Translations under genes and position numbers: made by a program
Notes under the pieces: model-generated
Databases searched by the model: none
What the model saw: only the letters and a program-made list of their open reading frames with translations
What the model was told of the DNA's origin: nothing
Source: Eledone cirrhosa
Lineage: Eukaryota
Direction of reading: 5' to 3'
NCBI GenBank assembly: GCA_964016885.1
Contig: OZ024754.1
Span: forward strand, 7,130,001-7,194,000
DNA length: 64,000 nt
Shown: positions 43,703-56,187 of the stretch, one piece after another
Numbering within the stretch: the first letter of the stretch is position 1
How the letters are laid out: each line of letters opens with the position of its first letter

Positions 43703-43967
43703 CATGGAACTCCTTTAACCATCTTTTGATCTTATATATTATGTATACTCCAGTCCTACAAATTGTAGAGTGCTTCTTATCCGATATCTGCATTGTTTTA
43801 TTGTACTACAATAAAACTCACCTCCTACATTATATATATATATATATATATATAATGTGTGTGCGTGTCAAAAATGTATACCACTTCAACAGCATTCATA
43901 TAAATATTGCCTGTACAGGTAATCGAAGTGTGTATACATTGTTTTGGGACACCCTGTATATATATTC

Positions 43968-45128
43968 TATTCTAGGGCGGGTAAAATTACCGAGATCCAT
44001 GGACGAGTTCTCTCCAGCGGTCTCTGTCCCTCATTATCGCTGCCATGTTCTGCGTCTCCAACAGACCAGTGTCTGTCCTTAGGGCATCAACATACGTTAA
44101 CCTTGGTCTTCCTCTTCTAGTGTGCCCATGTAGGGTCTCCCACAGGAGCACTGAGTGCAATGTCAACTCTGGATGTCGGTGAGCATGTCCAGCTAACCTC
44201 AGTCTCCTCTGTGTCATTTTTGAGCTGACTTTTGGGAGGCTCCCATACAGCTCTGAGTTTTTCATCCTCAGTGTATACTGATTAATGTTCAGAGCCATCC
44301 TCAGCATTCTCGTGTAGCACCCATCCACCATCTGAGTGAGTTTCTTGGTCAGTGTCCAAGTCTCAGACCCGTACAGCAGCACAGACTCCACTACAGCAAT
44401 GAAGAGGCGGATTTTCAGGTCTTTACGAAGGTCCGACTTCCACACCGATCTCAAGCTGTGGCACGTCGCCCAGGCTTTGCTCTTCCTCTCAACCACATCA
44501 TCTTCCGTATTCCCAATCTTTGCTCCCAAATACAGGAAGTCATCAACCAATTCTAGCGGCTTCCCGCCTACATTAGTGATCCCCTCTGGCTTCTCAACAT
44601 TCTCTACCAGATATTTTGTTCTAGTCTCATTCATTCTCAGCCCCACACTCATCGATACAGTCTCAACCTCCTGCATTAAATCCATCCTTTGCCTCCTTCA
44701 CAGTATTTGTCACCAAAACTATGCCGTCGGTAAATTCAGCATCTGATACATTTTTCGCCTTAACTCTCCTGCTCTGAGCCGGTGCTACAGTAAAGCCAGA
44801 GTCCTGGTGTTTGTCCAGTGTAAGGCGCATACAATAGTCCACTACGATGATAAAAAGGTAGGGAGCCAATGTATCTCTCTGGAGCACTTCAGCCAGTATC
44901 TCAAAGAACTCTGTCATCCCATCAGCTGTAATGACTTGGGCTTTGGTGTTGGTGTAGAGCAGTGATATCAGGTCCACTATCTTCTTGGGGATTCCATTAG
45001 CCTGTAAGATCTTCATTAGGCAGTGACGGTCCTCAGAATCAAAGGCCTACCTAAAGTCAATGAAAACCATGACCGCGGGAAGACACTTTGCTCTAGCTCC
45101 CTCTAATATCTAATATCCTTCTCAGCAT
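43968..45128 (-). mobile_element. RTE LINE family 1, ~1.15 kb 5'-truncated, degenerate RT
   Basis: FIDFR*AFDS, VLQRDTLAPYLF, EFTDG (from FADD), GLRMNETRTK, FLYLG, VLLYGSETWTL; frameshift near 44680. Confidence 0.95.
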
Positions 45129-45141
45129 CATATATATATAT

Positions 45142-45445
<304 letters not shown>

Positions 45446-46331
45446 AATATATATATATATATATCCCTATATATATATATATACACACAGAGAAAAAGGG
45501 AGAGACTGAGATAGTGGGGAGGAAGAGAGAGTGAGATAGGGAGGTGAGAGTGAGTGTGATTAGGAGTGGAGATTCCTTGCACTATAATCCCAACGTTGCA
45601 ATTGATTTTTAACATTCTCTAAGGAGATGTCTCCTGGCTTAGATCAGAAGATCGCTTGACATGAAATGAACTGATCCATCCTTTCTTGGACTAGGCCAGC
45701 AAATGTTAATGTGTAAACACGGAAACAACGGGGACAGAATTTCATATCTATATATAGATACAAGTGATCATGTTATTTCCGGTGATATATGTTAATGATA
45801 TATCACTTGTAAATGCACTTTGCTGCAAGAGGGAACAGGAAATGACTTTCGTATAATACGCCATTACACCATTAGCGTAAAATCAGGAAATCCCCGGATA
45901 GGAAACAGCTTTAAAACACATTCATTTCTCATTGTCATTTTTTTTAGTATTTTTGGCTTCATTTTTTTTTGTGTAAATGCTAGACTTTGATCTTAGCCAA
46001 ATATTGATGTTGTCTGATTTTATCTTGCGAGACTATAAAACAATTATATATGTTATTTTCTACTTCCTACTTCAAAAGGTTAACCTTAAGTAGATTATCA
46101 AATCATTTAAACTATAATACATTAGACAATAGAAACATGTAATGGTAAAGATTTTATCCTAAATGCCGCAAAATATGGCAGACACGAATAGAATAAAAAA
46201 AAAAAAAATAATGGGAAAAAAACCCGCCGCAACATTTGTACATTATTATATGTACTATACAAGCACCTTTGATGAGATGTAGTGCACCTGAGCACTGTAC
46301 ACAATAATTTTCATTATTATCATTATTATTA

Positions 46332-46735
46332 GGGTGGTGGATTGGCAGTATCATTAGAGGGTCGAACGCCATGTTTTGCAGCATAGTTACGGCCCTTTAT
46401 GATCTGATTTCAAATCCCACCGAGGTTGACTTTGCTTTTCAACCTTACGGGGTCGATAAAATAAAGTACCAGTCACGCACTGGGGTCGATTTAATCGACT
46501 TTCCCCTCCCCCAAAATTGCTGGCCTTGTGCCTATATAAGAAACCATTATTATGTGGATTGGCAGTATCGTTAGAGGGTCGGACGCCATGTTTTGCAGCA
46601 TAGTTACGTCCCTTTACGATCTGAGTTCAAATCCCGCCGAGGTTGACTTTGCCTTTCATCCTTACGGGGTCGATAAAATAAAGTACCAGTAATGAACTGG
46701 GTTATTGCTGGCCTTGTGCCTAAAGTAGAAACAAT
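46332..46735 (+). mobile_element. Head-to-tail SINE family 1 dimer (long form then short form)
   Basis: Two complete units. Confidence 0.9.
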
Positions 46736-47328
46736 TATTATCATTATTCTTCTTATTATTATACTGTATATAAACTTGCAGAAACCAAGGTAAAAATGGG
46801 CGAGGATTCTTATTGATTTTATTCCATGGGATGTGAAGGGTAAAGGTAATTTTAGCTTCTATATACGTTTTCCTATTTCAATATTAAATCTAATCAGTTT
46901 TAAAGTTGTTGAGTTGAAAATGACAGGTTGACGTATAGTATTAGATTTCTTGACAGCTGTTGTTTTTCTAGCAGTTGATTTGGTTTCTAGATTCTATTAT
47001 ATTTAATATGAGGGAGTAAATTTAGTTGTTTATGAAAATGTTTCAACTAGCAAATGGAAGATTCCGAATACACGAAAAATGAAAGAAAGTCCAGACAAAT
47101 GCGTCTGATATATTACAAAATCTCATTAGGAGAATGCTTTCAAAGAACCTCAGGCGCAGATGTAGCGCGAACTCCGAGCAGCAAAAGGTTAATGGTGGCC
47201 TGATAAAGCAGAGCACGTACACACCTCGTTGTATTGAACTGCGCACAGTGTATGGCCCACATACAACTGTCGGTGCCCCCCATCATATATATATATATAT
47301 ATATATATTCACATACATATATATATAT

Positions 47329-48032
<704 letters not shown>

Positions 48033-48334
48033 TATATATATATATTGATATATATATATTGATATATATTCAAATACCGATAATTCTAACTAGTAATATT
48101 TCTCTCATTCATTTCTATCTATTAGTCTATTAGTATTTTTTTTAATCAATAATATATTAGTTACCTAGCTGTATATATACAACAGTTTCTGTTTCTATTA
48201 TACATTTTATTATTATGTGTTGAAAGAAGCCATTGCAATACAACGTGATGGTTGTGGCTGTAAAAGTACAACTGTACTGGTTTCTATGAATGATGGGAAA
48301 ATGAGAAATATGGAATTTCAGTCAGTTTGAGCTG

Positions 48335-48415
48335 TCAGGAAATTAAGGATGTTTCACATTCATCTAGTTACCATATAGCACACTTTGTCACTATCTGTGT
48401 GTCTGTCCCTGGAAA

Positions 48416-48483
<68 letters not shown>

Positions 48484-48552
48484 TACACACAGATATTGAC
48501 AAAGTGTGCTATATGGTAAGTAGATGAATGTGAAACATCCTTAATTTCCTGA
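48335..48552. repeat. Inverted duplication (~65-bp arms) separated by a TG/TA spacer
   Basis: 48335-48402 is the reverse complement of 48487-48552. Confidence 0.85.
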
Positions 48553-48662
48553 TGTATATATATATATATATATGCAAAAGTTCTATCCGGATGACTTCCA
48601 AAAACAATGGTTGCATTTTAATAGGGTACGTCAAAGCTTATTTATAAAACTGTTATATATTG

Positions 48663-48727
48663 TATTTTGTCTGATGAAGGCATACCATAATTTAATTTGG
48701 TATCCCTGAAATATGTATAATGAAATA
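48663..48727 (+). ncRNA. Type-I hammerhead ribozyme in a ~200-bp element between (TA)n tracts
   Basis: TATTTTGT-CTGATGA-AGG.ATACCA-loop-TGGTAT.CCT-GAAA-T-ATGT-A-TA-ATGAAATA; stem I extends via TATTTATAAAAC/GTTTTATAAATA. Confidence 0.78.
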
Positions 48728-48766
48728 AATATGGTTTTATAAATATAGTTTCCATTTATTAATATC

Positions 48767-48810
<44 letters not shown>

Positions 48811-49395
48811 TATTATTACAAAACTATTCTAATAGTTTTGTTAAGATGAAATACGCGTAAGAAAAAAACAAAATAGTTGCCATGCCCCCACACACCTTAG
48901 ATTCTGAGAGTCTGTCTGTATACACGTGTTTCCATAAATATAAAAATAACAGAACAGATCATCATTAAAAACAAATGTCGTTCTTATATTTTTCTGTTCT
49001 GTAGTTAAATCATTAATTTTTATGTTTCCCGTTTATTAAAAGAAATGTAAACTAAAATTAACACAGAAACGTAAAAGGAAAAAAAAAAAAAAAACCAACG
49101 ATTTTCATGTGATATTTATAAAGGTCTCTACTATCACATTTTGACCAATAAAAAGTTTCATAACCTAAATTCGCAGTAGAAAATTGGTGGTTGCATTAGT
49201 GTAGTGGTTAACGTGGTCGCTATTTGCTCACGTTAGCTACGTTGTTCGGATCGAGAGGGGAAACTGTTCGCATTTACTCATTCAAGATTATTCCTCTTTA
49301 AAGCCTTGCATTTTTTATATTCTATAATGTAAGATAAGCATCAACACCGTTAAACTGTAACGTTGTATATCTATATATATATATATAATATATTT

Positions 49396-49560
49396 AAGAG
49401 CTTCTACAGGACTAGAACTGTTTCATTCGTGAGAAGTCGTAACAGTTCTAGTCCTGTAGAAGCTCTTCTATATTAAAACTTTTATACTCTGCTATGTATT
49501 GAGTACCTTACTTACTGTGGTTACCTCCGATTCAACCCGGAATAAGTTATCTATCTACAT
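49396..49560 (+). mobile_element. Fold-back element, ~27-bp arms plus extension to (TA)n
   Basis: AAGAGCTTCTACAGGACTAGAACTGTT ... AACAGTTCTAGTCCTGTAGAAGCTCTT. Confidence 0.7.
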
Positions 49561-49673
49561 ATATATATATTCTGGTAGCGAAATCCACTGGCAATAGGAG
49601 AAGGCGAGGGAAAAGGATAAAAGGAAAAAGATGAAAAATGCCAGTTTGTGTACCTTAAAAGATCTATTAGTCC

Positions 49674-49745
<72 letters not shown>

Positions 49746-49848
49746 ATTTATATATATATATATTTATATATATATATATTTATATATATATATATATTTA
49801 TGAAATATATGAAATATAAGAATCAAAGAACTGTTCAAAACATTATTG

Positions 49849-49895
49849 TGCTTACAGCTGTTTCCTCCAAACCGAGGTTTGGATTCTTCGGAGCA
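49849..49895 (-). ncRNA. Hammerhead-like motif with a U4C core variant
   Basis: TGCT-CCGAAGA-A-TCCAAAC-CTCG-GTTTGGA-G-GAAA-C-AGCT-G-TA-AGCA. Confidence 0.65.
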
Positions 49896-50127
49896 ATTTA
49901 TTAATGCATGGACAGTTATATGACCTCCTTTTCAGCCGAGAGACATACCGATACATATTCAAACACTGATACATATTCAAACATTGTGGGTCAACATTCA
50001 TTACAGAATTTAGAGTGGCAGTACACACTTCGAGATTACATTTATATTAAGAGGTACAATCAAAAATCAAAAATACAGGTTAAAAATATATATATATTTA
50101 TATATATATATATATATATATTGATAC

Positions 50128-50175
<48 letters not shown>

Positions 50176-50339
50176 ATACAATTATATATATATATATAGA
50201 TATACAATATATATATATATATATACACACATATATATATATTGATACAATTATATATATATATAGATATACAATATATATATATATATATATATATTGA
50301 TACAATTATATATATATATATAGATATACAATATCTATA

Positions 50340-50373
<34 letters not shown>

Positions 50374-50789
50374 GCATATTTCCAAACAAATACAACTCCC
50401 AATGTTCGATATCCTCACCCAGACTAAAAAACTCTGAACGATACTATTACCTGAAGAAAATGACTATGTAATATCTTCACATTATCCCACGTATCATATA
50501 ACGTAGTTCTTAATATATGAAAACATTTCTTAACGTATGTATTCATGTCTTGTTCAACATACTGTACCATAGAAACTATCCATCATCCGTCCGTCTAGAC
50601 ATTCAGACATTTTAATACTGAAATAAGATTCTGCCGTCAAAACATTTGCTATCATTAAACAGAAACTAATAAATTTATTTTAAAACATCAATGTACCTCA
50701 GTCTTTTTCGACGATGAGTGTCAGACCTTCTAACCTCTAAAAACCCGAAACGGAGAGAAATAAGGCAAAATGGGGAGATTTTACATAAT

Positions 50790-51178
50790 TTTGTTTCTAC
50801 TTTTGGCACAAGGCCAGCAATTATCCCAGCACATTACTGGTACTTTATTTTATCGACCCCGTAAGGATGAAAGGCAAAGTGAACCTTGGCGGGATTAGAA
50901 CTCAGACTATAAAGGGGCATAATTCTATGCTTCAAAGCATGGCGTCAGACCCTCTACCGATACTGCCAATCCCCCACCCTCTTTTACATAATTGTTTCTA
51001 CTTTAGGCACAAGGCCAGCAATTACCCAGTTAATTACTGGTACTTTATTTTATCGACCCCGTAAGGATGAAAGGCAAAGTTAACCTCGGCGGAATTTGAA
51101 CTCAGAATGGGAAGGACCGTAACTCTATGCGTCAAAGCATGGCGTCCGACCCTCTACCGATACTGCCAATCCACCGCC
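50790..51178 (-). mobile_element. Two SINE family 1 copies
   Basis: Head-core-tail. Confidence 0.9.
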
Positions 51179-51876
51179 ATGTAAGAAATAATGTAAGAAG
51201 GCTGGTTCTTTGAAAAACCGGTACTGTCAATCTACCCAATTTCATGCAAAAAGCTTGGTCATTCCGTGGTTAAACTAAAGGGACTTTCTTAAAATATCAT
51301 GCAGAGAGACCGAAACTAAATCTCGTAATTGCGAAACAAACTATTGATCATGTAGTCTACATGTTAAAATTGTTTAATATATGCATACGTACATGGGTAG
51401 CATACACACAAGTATATGTCTATTTTCGTAAAGTTATATGTGTTTGTGAGTAAATGTTACTCTCCACAAGCGCATAAGAAAGAAATATAGAGAAATATAT
51501 AAGACAGAACATAGTACAATACATAATTGAAAATATAAATTGCGTCTTGAATACATAATTTCTATTTGGAATATATAAATATATTTAGAATGTAATTTAC
51601 ACATTCAATATGTCAGTACTAATGTCTATGTACATATTTCATTACCAAAATATTTAGATACAACCCCAAAACACGTCCGCACCCCTACACACACAAAAGC
51701 TATATATATATATATATGAGAACTAGAAGCAAATAAAGAGTTTATATATATATATTTTTATTATTAAAAAATTTTTTTTATTCTCTAAAAAAATTTATTC
51801 CTCCATTCCCCCCCCTCCCTTTTTTAAATGTCCCCCCCCCATACACCCTCAGAACTCTCTTTCTACCCACTTTTCT

Positions 51877-51906
51877 CCTGATGAAGGGTTTATGCCCGAA
51901 ACGTCG
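51877..51906 (+). ncRNA. Minimal hammerhead core with a GUC site
   Basis: CTGATGA-A-GGG-TTTATG-CCC-GAAACGTC; stem I lost beyond 1 bp. Confidence 0.65.
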
Positions 51907-51939
51907 TCCCCCACCCCCACTCGCAAGCGTGAAACCAAT

Positions 51940-52320
51940 AATTGTTTCTGCTTTTGGCACAAGGCCAGCAATTATCCCAGTGCATTACTGGTACTTTATT
52001 TTATCGACCCCGTAAAGATGAAAGGCAAAGTTAAGCTCGGCGGGATTTGAACTCAGAATGGCAAGGGCCGTAACTCTATGCGTCAAAGCATGGCGTCCGA
52101 CCCTCTGCCAATCCACCACCCTAAGCATGAAACTAATAATTGTTTCTACTTTAGGCACAAGGCCAGCAATCACCCAGTGCATTACTGGTACTTTATTTTA
52201 TCGACCCCGTAAGGATGAAAGGCAAAGTCAACCTCGGCGGGATTTGAACTCAGATTGTAAAGGGACGTAACTATGCTGGAAAGCATGGCGTCCGATCCTC
52301 TACCGATACTGCCAATCCAC
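51940..52320 (-). mobile_element. Two SINE family 1 copies
   Basis: Head-core-tail. Confidence 0.9.
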
Positions 52321-52364
52321 ATTTGTACTGCCTCTTCGTTTTTCTGTTTTTGTTCTCCGTTTAC

Positions 52365-52395
<31 letters not shown>

Positions 52396-52564
52396 TTTTT
52401 TTAAAAAGAATAGATGTGTAACACACGAGTTGTGATATATTGGTAAAAGGAAAAGAAAATTGTTCCCAGTGAAAAATAGTTTAATTAGGAATAAGTAAAA
52501 ATTAGTAATAAGTATTGGTTAGCATTCAGTTTTGGTTTTAAGTTTTTACCGGTTGCGCATTTTT

Positions 52565-52729
52565 AATGCTTTTCAAAAATAATTTTGAGATAGAGCGCCA
52601 GTGATGTTTGCTATGCTTTCCAAAAATAATTTTGAGATAGAGCGCCCGTGATGTTTGCTCTAATCTGATTAGAGCAAACATCACGGGCGCTCTATCTCAA
52701 AATTATTTTTGAAAAGCATTAGAAATTCG

Positions 52730-52765
<36 letters not shown>

Positions 52766-52960
52766 ATAATAATAAATGTGAAGAATAAAATCCAAAGAGG
52801 GCTCGATAAGGATAAATATGTATCAATTATATAAGAACCCTAGAGCAAGTATTTATTAAAATAACAGATTAAAGTTTAAGCAAAGAATCGCTACTTTCAC
52901 CCTTAACGTTAAGGGTGAAAGCATCGATTCTTTGCTTAAACTTTAATCTGTTATTTTAAT
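52565..52960. mobile_element. Two adjacent fold-back elements (centres ~52665 and ~52907)
   Basis: GCTCTAATC-T-GATTAGAGC and CACCCTTAACGTTAAGGGTG centres with 50-55 bp arms; the second family also occurs unfolded at 27358-27485. Confidence 0.8.
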
Positions 52961-53355
52961 ATATATATATATATATGTATATATATATGTATATATATAT
53001 ATGTGGGGGCATTTTGGACACCCTGCAGGACAAAAAACAAAACCTGCAAAGGGCAGAAGAACTCATAAGAGTCAATGGCCATCCAACAATGTGTAAATAT
53101 GTATAAACATTGCGGGTTATAGCTACTGTGGCCCAGAGAGTGGGATTGGTTCAGTGCAGAGTCTTTCCTCACTTAAAAAAAATTTTTTTTTCACACATTG
53201 ACATTGCACGATAGAATTAATTAATAATTATAATAATGTTATATTGTGCAATGGCCATACTCGATAACGAGGGGGCAGCCATCATATATATATTATATAA
53301 ACACAAACATATGTACATATTCTCCCAAGACTTCACAAATATATGCATAGTCGCG

Positions 53356-54865
53356 ACTCTCTCCTCGCCTCCGTCTCTCTCTCTCTTCGCCTCCGTCTCT
53401 CTCTCTCTTCGCCTCCGTCTCTCTCTCTCTTCGCCTCCGTCTCTCTCCCTCTTCGCCTCCGTCTCTCTCTCTCTTCGCCTCCGTCTCTCTCTCTCCTCGC
53501 CTCCGTCTCTCTCTCTCTCCTCGCCTCCGTCTCTCTCTCGTCGCCTCCGTCTCTCTCTCTCCTCCCCTCCGTCTCTCTCCTCGCCACCGTCTCTCTCTCT
53601 CCTCGCCTCCGTCTTTCTCTCTCCTCGCCTCTATCTCTCTCTCCTCGCCCCCGTCTCTCTCTCTCCTCTCCCCCGTCTCTCTCTCTTCGCCACTATCTCT
53701 CTCCTCACCCCCGTCTCTCTCTCCTCGCTTCCGTCTCTCTCTCTCCTCACCCCCGTCTCTCTCTCTCTTCGCCTCCGTCTCTCTCTCTCTTCGCCTCCGT
53801 CTCTCTCCCTCTTCGCCTCCGTCTCTCTCTCTCTTCGCCTCCGTCTCTCTCTCTCCTCGCCTCCGTCTCTCTCTCTCTCCTCGCGTCCGTCTCTCTCTCG
53901 TCGCCTCCGTCTCTCTCTCTCCTCCCCTCCGTCTCTCTCCTCGCCACCGTCTCTCTCTCTCCTCGCCTCCGTCTTTCTCTCTCCTCGCCTCTATCTCTCT
54001 CTCCTCGCCCCCGTCTCTCTCTCTCCTCTCCCCCGTCTCTCTCTCCTCGCCACTATCTCTCTCCCCTCACCCCCGTCTCTCTCCTCGCCACCGTCTTTCT
54101 CTCTCCTCACCCGTCTCTCTCTCCTCGCCACCGTCTTTCTATCTCCTCACCCCCGTCTCTCTCTCCTCGCCTCCGTCTCTCTCTCCTCGCCCCGTCTCTC
54201 TCTCTCCTCACCCCCGTCTCTCTCTCCTCGCCACTATCTCTCTCTCCTCACCCCCGTCTCTCTCTCCTCACCCCCGTCTCTCTCTCCTCGCTTCCGTCTC
54301 TCTCTCTCCTCACCCCCGTCTCTCTCTCTTCGCCACTATCTCTCTCCCCTCACCCCCGTCTCTCTCTCCTCGCCACCGTCTTTCTCTCTCCTCACCCGTC
54401 TCTCTCTCCTCGCCTCCGTCTCTCTCTCTCCTCACCCCCGTCTCTCTCTCCTCGCTTCCGTCTCTCTCTCTCCTCAACCCCGTCTCTCTCTCTCCTCGCC
54501 CCCGTCTCTCTCTCTTCGCCACTATCTCTCTCCCCTCACCCCCGTCTCTCTCTCCTCGCCTCTATCTCTCTCTCCTCGCCCCCGTCTCTCTCTCTCCTTG
54601 CCACTATCTCTCTCCCCTCACTCCCGTCTCTCTCTCCTCCCCACCGTCTTTCTCTCTCCTCACCCCCGTCTCTCTCTCCTCGCCCCCGTCTCTCTCTCCT
54701 CACCCCCGTCTCTCTCTCTCCTCGCCTCCGTCTCTCTCTCTCCTCACCCCCGTCTCTCTCTCTCCCCACCCCCGTCTCTCTCTCCTCGCTTCCGTCTCTC
54801 TCTCTCCTCAACCCCGTCTCTCTCTCCTCGCCCCCGCCTCTCTCTCCTCACCCCCGTCTCTCCCC
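53356..54865. repeat. Polypyrimidine (CT-rich) satellite, ~20-bp units, with a 360-bp higher-order repeat
   Basis: 53401-53700 is near-identical to 53761-54060. Confidence 0.95.
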
Positions 54866-55204
54866 AGATCTCTACATGTCTATATTGCTACACAGTATGT
54901 GCATCAAATATATTTTCCCATCTGTTTTCCGTAAAGTTCAACTTAAAACAAGATCTTGATCTTTACGTGGTTTGAAAATATAAATAAACTTTTAACATTA
55001 AAAGAATATTGACATTTTAAACACGCTCACATACACTGTTAGATGAATAGGTAGATACATAGATGTACTGATAGATCGATAGATAGATGTAGAGAAGAGA
55101 GATTTATTGAGGGATAGATATATTGATGGATGGATGGATTGAGAGTTAGGTGGATAGGAAGATAGATAGATTCATTCATACACACACTCATACACACACA
55201 CACA

Positions 55205-55281
<77 letters not shown>

Positions 55282-55284
55282 GTA

Positions 55285-55499
55285 TGAAAAGAGTCAGGAC
55301 CCCAGCGGCTGAGCTCCGGCCGTTTCGACAGCTAGATCCGAACTAAACCAGTACTGGTTCAGTTCGGATCTAGCTGTCGAAACGGCCGGAGCTCAGCCGT
55401 CGGGGTCCTGACTCTTTTCTTATTACTCACCCTACTATCCTAAGGATTGAGTACTCTGGTGCGTTATGGTCCACCTGGTTCCTTACCACACTTCCTTCG

Positions 55500-55501
<2 letters not shown>
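55285..55501 (+). mobile_element. Fold-back element family B, near-perfect ~67-bp arms
   Basis: Centre AACCAGTACTGGTT; long arm ends CCTTACCACACTTCCTTCGTT(TA)n. Confidence 0.85.
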
Positions 55502-55560
<59 letters not shown>

Positions 55561-55828
55561 TTTAAGACTATACAGAGCATTTGATGTTATTCCAAATTGA
55601 AGGATAAGTGTTTCAAACTTTATTTTATCATGAGTTAAAGGTCTATAGATTTTTCCCCGGATTTCACTAAATTCTGTGGATGAATTTATATCCTGATTCT
55701 CTTTTGAGATGAGTTTGAGTTATTTTTCCTAAATCTTTCGTTAACTACTTTTCCCATCTTGACGTTATAGTCGCATATATGTTATAGAATGCCGTTAGCT
55801 TCTTGCTAAAACAATCTCTATACCTCTC

Positions 55829-55858
<30 letters not shown>

Positions 55859-55859
<1 letters not shown>

Positions 55860-56187
55860 ATGTAGGAGGTGAGTTTTATTGTAGTACAATAAAGCAATGC
55901 AGATATCGGATAAGAAGAGCACTCTACAGTTTGTAGGACTGGAGTATGCATAATATAAGATCAAAAGATGGTTAAAGGAGTTCCATGTATTTTATTGATA
56001 GTGCAGTTTTAAATCAACATATCATATGTTGATTTAAAACTGCACTATCCACAAGTGTTTTTTAGCCTTCATATCATGTTCTCCTGTTTTATCTGATGAA
56101 AACACAAATATTATTGCATGATGATGTTTGTTTTTGAAATGCGCATAATAAAATACATGGAACTCCTTTAACCATCTTTTGATCTTA
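55859..56187. mobile_element. Fold-back element family A, copy 2
   Basis: Homologous to 43421-43831; centre at 56023; left arm internally deleted. Confidence 0.9.
56085..56155 (+). ncRNA. Type-I hammerhead ribozyme matching 43632-43702
   Basis: CTGATGA at 56093, GAAATGCGCATA at 56136-56147. Confidence 0.85.

Larger units (their letters stand above)
43421..43831 (+). mobile_element. Fold-back element family A, ~150-bp inverted arms, (TA)n on both sides
   Basis: 43421-43571 is the reverse complement of 43584-43733 with a 12-nt spacer; the long arm extends to 43831. Confidence 0.9.

Noticed and set aside
43987-45016. Active reverse transcriptase gene
   Set aside because: 5'-truncated, frameshifted, catalytic FADD mutated to FTDG
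53236-54975. 579-aa and 538-aa Ser/Leu/Pro ORFs
   Set aside because: The CT-rich satellite lacks stop codons by composition
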